From IMG/VR virus record IMGVR_UViG_3300007513_000003: a stretch of 64,000 nt of DNA; one strand, written 5' to 3'. A program made the translations under genes and the position numbers. The DNA comes from a virus (taxonomy: Duplodnaviria; Caudoviricetes). The notes under the pieces were generated by a model, which saw only the letters and a program-made list of their open reading frames with translations, was not told the origin of the DNA and made no database searches. Positions 7,919-17,009 of the stretch are shown one piece after another. Numbering within the stretch: the first letter of the stretch is position 1; every line of letters begins with the position of its first letter.

Positions 7919-8725
7919 TTATTTTCTATCGTCGTCACTTCGAAAAGCGTTTTGAGATGTTGAAGTATTTGGATTTTTCCAGGATTTCTTACGTTTACCA
8001 TCTCTTACAACAACATCTGAACCTGCTTTACGTGTATCAGGTGATGGTTCAAACAAGTTTCTAAGATCACCGTGTGGGTATTTTAGACGTCTACCATCAG
8101 GTGCCTTATAAGGATATTGTTTATCTAAAGCCATATCTCGCGCCGTTCTCTTAGAACCTTGGGACGTTTTATATTCGCTGTCTTTCATACCGGCATTAGC
8201 CTTGATACGAGCAATAGTATCGTCCAATACACTTGGATCTCGATAGGCTTCTTGATCGCCGGATCCTGCGTCTTGGTGTGCACTTGGATCTCCTCCATAG
8301 GCTTCTTGATCTGTTTTTGCTACTGCTGTTCCAGGTGGAGGAGTATTTGGTAATTTGACCGCTACTGCTGTTCCAGGTGGTGGAGTATTTGGTCCTTTGG
8401 CCGCTACTGCTGTTCCAGGTGGTGGAGTATTTGGTAGTGGTGCTTTCTTTGTTTTTGCTCCTGGTGTACCAGCAAACTCACCTGCATCCATTGGTGTTGA
8501 TGCTTGATCTGTTTTTGCTACAGCACTTGTAGTTGGGTCGCCTTCGCGAGCTCTTCTTGCTCTGTGCCCGTGCCTGATTTTGTCTGCTATTGGGTCTGTA
8601 GTAAACTTCTTTTTAAGCCAGCCCAATAGACCTCCAGACTGCGTTTCGTCCGAGGAACCACTTTTTTGCGGCCATCTTTCCATAATGAGTTCATCATTCT
8701 CTTTAATAATATCTAAAATTTTCAT
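7919..8725 (-). CDS. Putative internal head protein with Pro-rich repeats
   Basis: Leader MKILDIIKEN; PNTPPPGTAVA x3; late promoter at 8757-8763, SD AGGA. Confidence 0.65.
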   Translation of the reverse strand: MKILDIIKENDELIMERWPQKSGSSDETQSGGLLGWLKKKFTTDPIADKIRHGHRARRAREGDPTTSAVAKTDQASTPMDAGEFAGTPGAKTKKAPLPNTPPPGTAVAAKGPNTPPPGTAVAVKLPNTPPPGTAVAKTDQEAYGGDPSAHQDAGSGDQEAYRDPSVLDDTIARIKANAGMKDSEYKTSQGSKRTARDMALDKQYPYKAPDGRRLKYPHGDLRNLFEPSPDTRKAGSDVVVRDGKRKKSWKNPNTSTSQNAFRSDDDRK

Positions 8726-8822
8726 AATTATGAAATCCTGTAAATAATGTTTTATATATTTATACGTTAGAGTATTATTTTACATATTCTTTTTTATTAT
8801 TCAGGTGGTGAAGGGAAAGTAA

Positions 8823-10535
8823 TTAGGATGTATGCGGTGATATTTTATTAGTCGACGGCACACCTACAGCATTTTGTAATGCTTCTTCAAACTGGCCTGA
8901 ATCTGCCAAAGCCTTAGCAGAGCCTTGCAATACTCCATTCAACGCAGCTTTTATTTTAGGATCTTGGAATTTTTGCGGAAGCGACTCGACAAAACTAGTC
9001 ATTGATTGAATATTTTCTACTACTTTTGGTCCTTCAGACAACGGCAGACTCAATTTTTCCCAGTTTGCAGTTTCTTTTTCCATTATGCCCTGTAATTTTG
9101 CCGCGGCGCTTGCTACACCACTTGATGATACAGATTCAATAGCATCTGGAAGTAACATGTTCAGTGTAGCATTTAATGACATCTGATTTGCCGCTGTGTT
9201 AGCAATCGTTACACCGGCCGCACCAGGCCCTTCTAAATCCTCTGCGCTGTCGTCTGCAGATGACGTTACTTCAGACCAATCTCCAGTCAGTGCTTGCCCA
9301 ACGTAATCAATTGGTGATCCTGCTCCCAAACCAGTTAACGCATTTTGATATTCTTGCAATGCTTGTTCAAAAGGACTCAACGTAGTAGTGCCGTCTGCGT
9401 TAACAGTTGATCCCATAACTGTTCCCATTACGTCATCAAATTTCATTTCACCATTTGTACCTGAACCACCGCCAAATTGGCTTGCTAATTCAGTCGCCGA
9501 ATCACTTGAAACTTTACTAGTTCCACTCGGAAATCCTGTATTTGCTGGTATATTATCAAATCCTGAAACCACATCTCCTAGATCGGCTATGACTCCGTTA
9601 GATAATGCACCAAAATCTCCAGCAAAATCGCTAACATAATTGCTGAATTCCGAGGTACCAATAGCACCACCTGATGCTTTTTTAAAATCCAAAAACTGCG
9701 AGCCATCAGTAATGCCTGACGCTTTAGTTGTTCCTAAAACTGCTTTCATTTCTGATATGCCTGTCGGTGTGTTAACTTTTTGTAATATACTTGTTGCTTG
9801 GCTGTCTGTTAAAGTATCTAAATCAATACCGCTATCACGAACAGCATTTGAAACTACAGGAGATACCAATGCTGATTCTAACAAAGATGCAGAACTTTGA
9901 TCTAGTGGTAATCCAGCCAATGTGCCAAGTTGTGATGCGGCATTTGCAAATCCAGCGCCTGCTGTTCCAGAACCAGAAGCCATTTGAGCAAATTGCCCTG
10001 CTACTTTACCAAGTTCTGAAGAAACTGTTTCTTTTGCACCTTGCACAGCGTTATGCATTACATCTGCAGATTGTGCTACAGCAGATTCTATCTGTGCAAA
10101 ATTTTCTGTAAATTTTGATAAATCATCTGGTATAAGTTTTTTTACATGATTTTCAACAGATTCTATTAATGTAGAACTACCTAACGATGCCTGCATATTA
10201 TCGGGAACCATTCCACAATCTGCTCCTAATTGATGAATTGCGTTAGCGTGTGTTTGAGCACAACCAAACATTCCTGCTTCTTGCCCAGTTGCTTCAACGT
10301 TAGCCAAATTCCCTATCATTGTAGTAGTAACGGCTATTTTTGATTTAATACCATCAATAAGTGCCTGTGTAGACGCTGGCATTTGTATTGCTCTGTTAGG
10401 ATCGCCGATCGGCTTCAACATTTCCTTTAAGGCTTCTGTTCCTAAACAATTGTCGCCAGTCTGACATCCGCCGGCATCTGCCGCCGCCTTTTCTTTTTCT
10501 CTTTGTTGATTAAAGTCCGGTAGTAAAAAAGACAT
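8823..10535 (-). CDS. Probable virion/baseplate-associated protein
   Basis: 570-aa A/G/S-rich ORF directly downstream of the PAAR gene. Confidence 0.55.
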   Translation of the reverse strand: MSFLLPDFNQQREKEKAAADAGGCQTGDNCLGTEALKEMLKPIGDPNRAIQMPASTQALIDGIKSKIAVTTTMIGNLANVEATGQEAGMFGCAQTHANAIHQLGADCGMVPDNMQASLGSSTLIESVENHVKKLIPDDLSKFTENFAQIESAVAQSADVMHNAVQGAKETVSSELGKVAGQFAQMASGSGTAGAGFANAASQLGTLAGLPLDQSSASLLESALVSPVVSNAVRDSGIDLDTLTDSQATSILQKVNTPTGISEMKAVLGTTKASGITDGSQFLDFKKASGGAIGTSEFSNYVSDFAGDFGALSNGVIADLGDVVSGFDNIPANTGFPSGTSKVSSDSATELASQFGGGSGTNGEMKFDDVMGTVMGSTVNADGTTTLSPFEQALQEYQNALTGLGAGSPIDYVGQALTGDWSEVTSSADDSAEDLEGPGAAGVTIANTAANQMSLNATLNMLLPDAIESVSSSGVASAAAKLQGIMEKETANWEKLSLPLSEGPKVVENIQSMTSFVESLPQKFQDPKIKAALNGVLQGSAKALADSGQFEEALQNAVGVPSTNKISPHTS

Positions 10536-10536
10536 A

Positions 10537-10827
10537 TTATGAACCTACTATAACATCAGGACTACCTACTGCCCTAGGGTGTCCGCATGTATCTATATCA
10601 ACATCAGTTCTTAATGCTGGTTTACCTTCAATAATAACTGATTCACATGTAGAAACGGTTAACGCACTACAATGCGATCCTGGATTCGGGCACGGAGCGT
10701 GGGGCGTCACTGACATGTCAGGAACACCTGCTTTCCTTCCGTTTATAAGAACAGACTTTGCACCACCAGTCGCAATGCCACCGGCCGTGTTAGGATCTTT
10801 TTCTCTTTGTGCTTTCCAACCTGACAT
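10537..10827 (-). CDS. PAAR-domain tail spike tip (T4 gp5.4-like)
   Basis: SVLINGRKAG, PHAPCP..HC, VIIEGKPALR, DTCGHP, GSPDVIVG; TATAAATA 5 nt upstream. Confidence 0.9.
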   Translation of the reverse strand: MSGWKAQREKDPNTAGGIATGGAKSVLINGRKAGVPDMSVTPHAPCPNPGSHCSALTVSTCESVIIEGKPALRTDVDIDTCGHPRAVGSPDVIVGS

Positions 10828-10861
10828 ATAGTTATTTATAACGTATTATAATAACTATTTA

Positions 10862-11152
10862 TTATCCCACACTAATGCCAGTTGTTCCTTGGATATATTG
10901 ATCTGCCATTGGCTTTACTGTTTTGCCGATAACCATACAATGGGATTTGTCTAGTGTGACAGTAGAATCTAACTCCATAGTAAACATAAACTGAGAAATT
11001 CCGACCCCTTGCGGGCCCATTTGTAGAGACATAGGTTTTTCTATTGTGATATGAGTTTCAGTTTCGTCACTAAATCTACCAATAACTTCTTCACCAGATG
11101 TTAATTTAATTGAGATAACATCATTCTTTTTATAATTGACTTCTAATAACAT
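10862..11152 (-). CDS. Hypothetical protein, possible Sm/LSm-like fold
   Basis: ISIKLTSGEEVIGRF...ITIEKPM beta pattern. Confidence 0.5.
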   Translation of the reverse strand: MLLEVNYKKNDVISIKLTSGEEVIGRFSDETETHITIEKPMSLQMGPQGVGISQFMFTMELDSTVTLDKSHCMVIGKTVKPMADQYIQGTTGISVG

Positions 11153-11750
11153 TTGTACTTTCCTTGAATATTTTTATTGCACTAGTGCATATTAATAAAG
11201 CAATACCTCCGCCTATAACGATATCTGGAATATTGCTTTGTGTAAACATTACCAATAATCCTGCTATAATAATACCAACACTTGATAATGCATCATTTCT
11301 ACAACATATATAAGCACTCTTAAGATTAATATCTTTGTTTCTATAATATAACAATATTACTGCTGATATAATATTTCCTATTAATACAAAAATACCTACA
11401 TAAGTTATAGGGTGTGGATCAGGAACATATCCCGTCATAATGTTATTAAGGACATATACTAATGCCATAATACCAAACGCAAACATTATTATTGATTTGA
11501 CTAACGCTAGTTTGGCTTTTGTTTTTACTGCTGATCCTATAACAACTATACTACTTCCTAATATAAGTGCATCGCCTATATTATGAGCACTATCACTTAA
11601 TAAACTTACTGAATGAGACAATATACCATAATATAACTCTAATCCAAACATAAGTGCATTGATTAAAAAGCATATGATTAGTGCGTTGCGTTCACAGGCT
11701 TGGCATTGATCGACTGGCCGGCACGTATCATCGAGACATAAACGAAACAT
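11130..11750 (-). CDS. Cation diffusion facilitator (CzcD-like) transmembrane domain
   Basis: SVSLLSDSAHNIGD, INLKSAYICCRNDALSS, six TM segments, no C-terminal domain, Cys-rich N-terminus. Confidence 0.85.
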   Translation of the reverse strand: MFRLCLDDTCRPVDQCQACERNALIICFLINALMFGLELYYGILSHSVSLLSDSAHNIGDALILGSSIVVIGSAVKTKAKLALVKSIIMFAFGIMALVYVLNNIMTGYVPDPHPITYVGIFVLIGNIISAVILLYYRNKDINLKSAYICCRNDALSSVGIIIAGLLVMFTQSNIPDIVIGGGIALLICTSAIKIFKESTNVIRSQL

Positions 11751-11983
11751 TATGCAACAAGATCATCAATGGGGTGTGCAATTAATCCGTGAAATCCGCC
11801 TTTAATTAATGTATCGTCTTTATAAATCTGAGGAACAGTTCTAAAACCCTGGCCCAGGATCCATTGCTTTGCTTCTTCGTTTGTATCTAAACTAACTTCT
11901 TTATATTCAATATTGTTTTCTTCTAAATACTTCTTTGCACTAACACAAAAACCACACGTATCTTTACTATATACAGTAATCAT
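11750..11983 (-). CDS. Glutaredoxin (NrdH/NrdC-like)
   Basis: CGFC active site, RTVPQIY, IKGGF. Confidence 0.92.
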   Translation of the reverse strand: MITVYSKDTCGFCVSAKKYLEENNIEYKEVSLDTNEEAKQWILGQGFRTVPQIYKDDTLIKGGFHGLIAHPIDDLVA

Positions 11984-13068
11984 TTATTTAAATACTCCTT
12001 TAAAATTATTGGTTCTTCTCTATTTGGAAAGTAATCTTGTTTCTCTCCTTCTCTATATAAATCTAACGTTAAGCAATGCAAGCCGCCATCCCAGAAATAA
12101 CAATGTCTCCATGGTACATGTACGGGTTCCATTTTATGCTTTTTTAAAAAATCTAATAGATTTTTATTTGTCATACTACTAACACACACATGGCGCTCAT
12201 CTAATACTAAAACGTTAACGTCAAATACACTTTCCTCAACATACCCTACCCATTCATCTAACCAGGTATTAACATAATTTGCAAATTCTGGATTTGAAAC
12301 CGCTTCAGGATGCCACCATTTACCGTTTGTTTTCTGTTTCCAATTAAAAAAATCTCGAATTTTTTCCCAAGATTCATTTTCTATATAACATACATCCCAA
12401 TTTGGAAAGGTTTCATTATAGTCTTGAAAATCAAATACGCTTATAATAGCACCAGGCTTTATTGGATGAAAACATCCATCACTGTGAGAATATGGATTAT
12501 CTAATACATTTATTCGAGTATCTGCAAACATTCTTTTTAAGCCTGCCCAGGGCATACAGCATGTATAATTTATATAAGCATCTTTTCCTAGTAAAAAGAC
12601 ATTTGCACTTGTAGGAGGGTGTTTTTCTATGGAAAAATTTTCTATTTTTAAATAATCATCCGACTCATTTTGAAAATCAAACATATTATGCAATTTATAT
12701 CCGTTTGACTTGAGTCCATTTGTTATATTTAGATTATCAGCATAATTAGTCCATAGTTTATTTCCTATTACTATTTGATTATCTCTTGGTTGTAATGCAT
12801 TTCTAGGGATTTTTACTTCACCTACTTCATTAATATAATTTTCAATTCTATCGGATTTATCAGATGTAGGACGAATAACTTCGCATCCAAAATCTTTTAA
12901 AATTTTTTCATAATTTGATAAGTCTTCGAGTGTTTCTTCTGCAATTCTTTGCAAAGGGTTTCTAACTTTTGCATCTTTGATATTTTCAAAGAAGTCCGGC
13001 CCCCACACGGTGCCAAGCATTACTTTTTTAAGCGGATCCCATTTATTCCAGATGTTACACTCTTTCAT
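11980..13068 (-). CDS. Amidinotransferase (glycine/inosamine-phosphate amidinotransferase family)
   Basis: NKWDPLKKVMLG, QPRD, HSDGCF, DGGLHCLTLDL (Asp/His/Cys triad). Start moved to MKEC. Confidence 0.85.
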   Translation of the reverse strand: MKECNIWNKWDPLKKVMLGTVWGPDFFENIKDAKVRNPLQRIAEETLEDLSNYEKILKDFGCEVIRPTSDKSDRIENYINEVGEVKIPRNALQPRDNQIVIGNKLWTNYADNLNITNGLKSNGYKLHNMFDFQNESDDYLKIENFSIEKHPPTSANVFLLGKDAYINYTCCMPWAGLKRMFADTRINVLDNPYSHSDGCFHPIKPGAIISVFDFQDYNETFPNWDVCYIENESWEKIRDFFNWKQKTNGKWWHPEAVSNPEFANYVNTWLDEWVGYVEESVFDVNVLVLDERHVCVSSMTNKNLLDFLKKHKMEPVHVPWRHCYFWDGGLHCLTLDLYREGEKQDYFPNREEPIILKEYLNK

Positions 13069-13081
13069 TAATAAGGCGCCT

Positions 13082-14995
13082 TTAGATTCCACATCCACCC
13101 GCCACACATGCTAGTTCTTGTGAACTGGTGGTCATATCTTGTTCTTCATATTCACTTAGCAATCCCCAATCAACATCTTTGGGCATTTTAGCTAATAACT
13201 CTTTATACTCTTCTTCTGAGCAATCTTGATATGGTGCTTGTCTGTAAGTATGATCGTTAAATGGCAAGAATGAAACTCCTGACATCATATCAAAGTTGTT
13301 ATATACCCATGCACCTACTTCCATCCATTCTGTTTCTTTTACACTAATGGTTACTGATGGTTTGTGTTCGCACCAGTGTTCTTGATATACTTTCCATAAC
13401 TCTAGTTGCTCAATAGCGGTCATGTCTTTACGGTATACACCGTTTTTAGGACCTTTAACTGGGAATGAGAAAACATAAGTATGGTTTGGTTTTGTCACAT
13501 CATCTTCACAAGGAAACCCTGCTTCCTTCATCATCTTAGCAAGTGGATCCTTCTTATCAGCACGAATAGTTCTAATATAATAAGGATTGTGTCTTGCGTG
13601 AATGCCACTTGCACTATCAACTAGTTGACTAACCGTGCCACTTGGTTTTACACAAGTAATAGCGGCTGATTGAGCAATACCTAACTTTGAAGCAATTTCT
13701 TTGTTTGTTGCAACTGCTACTTGTTTAAGTTCTGATAATAATTCCTCAATACCTTTCTTCTTGCCATTCGTAAAAGCATTATCCATAATGCCCGTCAATG
13801 AAACGCCTAATAGTCTTTCTTCTTGGCAGTTATTTTCCCAACGCTTGTTAAGGTATTTAAAGTTAGTAAGTGTTGATTGGAATGTGCCTAAAATTGTAGC
13901 ATTGATAACTTTGTTCTTTAAAGATTCGAGTGTGTCTTCTGGACGAACAACAACTTCAGATAAATTACAAAATTCTTCAGATCTTAAAATAATTTCACTG
14001 CAAGGATTGGTGCCAAAGTTATGCTCTGGATCTCTACGTCCACTTGAAGCGGCAACCTTTTGTGCGGCTTCTCTATTAAAGATACCACGCTCGCCTGATT
14101 TGGAATCATATAATGCTTTCCACTCTTCCATAAAAATACCTACATCTGGTCTTTCTGTATAACAAGCGGAATTGTTTGCTAACGCACGTTGAGTATTGTT
14201 TTCCCACCATTGACCTGCTTTAGCATGTCTCATTCTGTCATCACTTAGGTTGGATAATGAGATAAGTGCTGAGCGGCGAACGCCACCAACTACAACAATT
14301 TCAGCAATCTTACATGTAATGTCGTGACACTCAAGTGATGTTAGTTTACGGCCCGCGGCGTTTTTAAATATATCTATACAAAATCTAAACAAATCTTCCA
14401 ATGGCTCTGGGCCAGAAGCACGACCGCCAAATGTTTTTAATGGTGCGCCTGCTGGGCGAACTCTTGACAAATCCCACTGAGGAATTTGTCCACCATATAG
14501 CAAATGGATAAGTTCTTTAAGTGCCTTTGCCCATCCAAGTTTAGAGTCACTTACCACGATTGTAGTTTCAGTATCATGAAAATCATCTGCAACTCTAGGC
14601 ATCTCGTTAACCATTTGTCTTTCAACACTAAACCCAACGCCTGTTCCATTCATTAAAATATATAAAATCTCATCAAATGCTCTTGGTGTTTCGATAGCAA
14701 CAAATGAACAATTATATCCTGCGATGTTTTCACGTGATAGTGCTTCACCTGCTGTCATAAGACAACGCATTGAAGGCATTATGTCTAAATTTAGAACAGC
14801 ATCTTTTAATTGTGTTTTAAGTCCAGTGGGTAATTTGTATTCACATTGCTGTTTTAAATGTTCTTCGAAAAAGTCGAAGTATCTGCTAACTGTTTCTTCC
14901 CATGTTTCTCTGCGTTTAACATCATATCTGTAACGAGAGTATCTTGATAAGTGAATATACTGCTGATATAGAGTGGGTAATTGATGGGCCGCCAT
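13082..14995 (-). CDS. nrdJ: Class II (adenosylcobalamin-dependent) ribonucleotide reductase, monomeric type
   Basis: PSMR, YNC, GGVRRSALISLS, TNPCSEI, CNLSEV, TCVKPSGT, C-terminal CVAGGC. No class I YY pair and no adjacent beta subunit. Confidence 0.85.
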   Translation of the reverse strand: MAAHQLPTLYQQYIHLSRYSRYRYDVKRRETWEETVSRYFDFFEEHLKQQCEYKLPTGLKTQLKDAVLNLDIMPSMRCLMTAGEALSRENIAGYNCSFVAIETPRAFDEILYILMNGTGVGFSVERQMVNEMPRVADDFHDTETTIVVSDSKLGWAKALKELIHLLYGGQIPQWDLSRVRPAGAPLKTFGGRASGPEPLEDLFRFCIDIFKNAAGRKLTSLECHDITCKIAEIVVVGGVRRSALISLSNLSDDRMRHAKAGQWWENNTQRALANNSACYTERPDVGIFMEEWKALYDSKSGERGIFNREAAQKVAASSGRRDPEHNFGTNPCSEIILRSEEFCNLSEVVVRPEDTLESLKNKVINATILGTFQSTLTNFKYLNKRWENNCQEERLLGVSLTGIMDNAFTNGKKKGIEELLSELKQVAVATNKEIASKLGIAQSAAITCVKPSGTVSQLVDSASGIHARHNPYYIRTIRADKKDPLAKMMKEAGFPCEDDVTKPNHTYVFSFPVKGPKNGVYRKDMTAIEQLELWKVYQEHWCEHKPSVTISVKETEWMEVGAWVYNNFDMMSGVSFLPFNDHTYRQAPYQDCSEEEYKELLAKMPKDVDWGLLSEYEEQDMTTSSQELACVAGGCGI

Positions 14996-15022
14996 TTATT
15001 GATTCCTTTATTCTGTTATAAC

Positions 15023-15051
15023 ATTATACAACAAAAGTGCTAAGATGTCAC
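15023..15051 (-). promoter_or_regulatory. sigma70-type promoter for the nrdJ operon
   Basis: GTGACA-17-TATAAT on minus. Confidence 0.7.
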
Positions 15052-15161
15052 GAATTTTTGTATTAATAATGTATATATCGTAATCACGATATTAAATGTA
15101 TTTAAATGGTCTGTTAGAAAATTATGTAGGTAGTTAAACGTGTTTCTAGGTACACTATAGG

Positions 15162-16994
15162 CTATGAATGTAAATATTCTATATAATATACAAGTGTTGC
15201 GGCCGAACCAGTACTGGTAGTAGTATATCGCATTGTTGCTGTACCAGCACTGTGCGTTACTGTAAATGTAACACCAGTTGCTCCAGTTTGAGTAATAGAA
15301 TCTGTTACAGTAGAAGCACCTGATTTAATTGCTATGCTAAGTTCGCCAACTTGTGATTCAGTACCTCTTGTTATACTATAATACATTTTTACATATTTAA
15401 CTTCCGACTCAAGGAAAGTAATACCAGTAGACGTGGCTGTTTGATTGTCTAGTAATGACAGTTGATTACTAATAGTATGCTCTCTTCTACCAAATAATTC
15501 CTTAGTGTCAGGTATTAATACATATCCGTCAGCGTGATTTAGTTGCACTCTGTCATATGTGCCAACATCACCATCTGTTCTACCAAATTTATCTGATATA
15601 CTTGTGCAATCTGAAACGTTTACGGAGTTAAAATTAATAACATCAGCAACAGCACTAGCAGTAGCATCTGCGTTGCCGTTATTGGCCACGTCAACAAATG
15701 TATTGCCTATAGAATAAATTCCTTGTGCGCGATCAACATCAATTGCTTCATAATCAATATCACGGAATAAAGAACTTGTAATTTTAATACTGTGTGGGCC
15801 TGTGCCTGATGCGGTTGTCTCACCTAACCAAAAACCTTTATACATTGTATCAAAGTTACAGTTATGGAATGATAATCCTTCGATAGCATCATTGGAATAA
15901 ACACCAAGTGGAACACCCTGGAACGAACAAGCATTAAAAACTAAGTTTCTTGTTCTTAGTGCGAGTGTTTCAGATATATTAAAACCGGCCGGTCTGTCAC
16001 TACTATTCAATCCATCAGTACTGTTATATGTGCCAACAAATGCTACATCTTCAAAATAAGAATTTAATGTAGAATCAATTTGAATACAGTCTTGAATTAA
16101 ATGTGTTGAATCAGTAGTTTTAATAGTCATACCTCTAATCACAATATTTTGCGGTTGGGTTGCACTATTATTACCAATATTTGGAGCGGCTTGGCCTTTG
16201 GAGTCAACTGTACGTATAACGCAACTATCATGCCCTGCCGTTTTACTTGACGTAATAGACACGCTGGCAGTTGAATAGCCGGCACCACCACTTACTTGTG
16301 TAAATGATGTAATTGCGCCGTCTGTTATATTTGCTGTAAATGATGCACCAGCACCATCACCTGTAATTGTTACAACAGGGGCAGTAGCATAACCAGCGCC
16401 TGGTGTGGCAACAGTTAATGAACTTACTGCGCCGGCAGTGATAGTCGCTGTGGCTGTTGCATTGGTTTGTGTCTCTTCATATTGTATAATTGTTTTTCCA
16501 GAGCCATCACCGTATAATGTCGCCCAAGTAGGAACTTCTATAGGTGCAGTGACTTTATATACACCTGCAGGGAAATATAAACTTCTGCGGGCCTTTTGTG
16601 TTGTGTCTCTAACAAACAGTTGGTATATTGCTCTTGCAATCGCCGCAGTATCATCTACTGTGCCGTTGCCACTGGCACCAAAGTCCATTATACTTACGTG
16701 GTCATCAAGTCTATCTTGCAATGTTCTAACAATAGGAGCTCCCGCCGTTGCGCCGGTATCTACTGTTGCGCTTGCATTGCCTTCATAAGTAAAATTGATG
16801 AGACCTGCTAAATCACTGTGTTCTGTTAGAATTGCTGTATTGCCAACTACAGGTGCACCAGCACTTAACGGCCCATTACCGATGTATAATTCTCTTGTGT
16901 TGGTTACCCAACCCAATTCAGCATGTGATAACTGTGGAAGATTTTCTGCTAACCCTCTACGATGTTGAATTCTAGAAATTTGTACAATTGCCAT
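15162..16994 (-). CDS. Tail fibre/spike-like virion protein with pectate-lyase-3-type beta-helix
   Basis: N-terminal QISRIQHRRG..PQL..AELGW..NTRELYIGNG; VSIMDFGASGNGTVDDTAAI..LYFPAGVY; late promoter 5 nt upstream. Confidence 0.75.
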   Translation of the reverse strand: MAIVQISRIQHRRGLAENLPQLSHAELGWVTNTRELYIGNGPLSAGAPVVGNTAILTEHSDLAGLINFTYEGNASATVDTGATAGAPIVRTLQDRLDDHVSIMDFGASGNGTVDDTAAIARAIYQLFVRDTTQKARRSLYFPAGVYKVTAPIEVPTWATLYGDGSGKTIIQYEETQTNATATATITAGAVSSLTVATPGAGYATAPVVTITGDGAGASFTANITDGAITSFTQVSGGAGYSTASVSITSSKTAGHDSCVIRTVDSKGQAAPNIGNNSATQPQNIVIRGMTIKTTDSTHLIQDCIQIDSTLNSYFEDVAFVGTYNSTDGLNSSDRPAGFNISETLALRTRNLVFNACSFQGVPLGVYSNDAIEGLSFHNCNFDTMYKGFWLGETTASGTGPHSIKITSSLFRDIDYEAIDVDRAQGIYSIGNTFVDVANNGNADATASAVADVINFNSVNVSDCTSISDKFGRTDGDVGTYDRVQLNHADGYVLIPDTKELFGRREHTISNQLSLLDNQTATSTGITFLESEVKYVKMYYSITRGTESQVGELSIAIKSGASTVTDSITQTGATGVTFTVTHSAGTATMRYTTTSTGSAATLVYYIEYLHS

Positions 16995-17009
16995 ATGTAT
17001 ATTTATACT

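Noticed and set aside
13082-14995. Class I RNR alpha subunit, or an intein/intron in RNR, terL, helicase or uvsX
   Set aside because: There is no YY radical-transfer pair or adjacent beta gene. All of these genes are normal length with contiguous motifs and no splicing signatures.
15060-15110. NrdR box upstream of nrdJ
   Set aside because: Only a short palindrome (ATATCGT-AATC-ACGATAT) is present, and it does not match the acaCwAtATaTwGtg consensus well enough.
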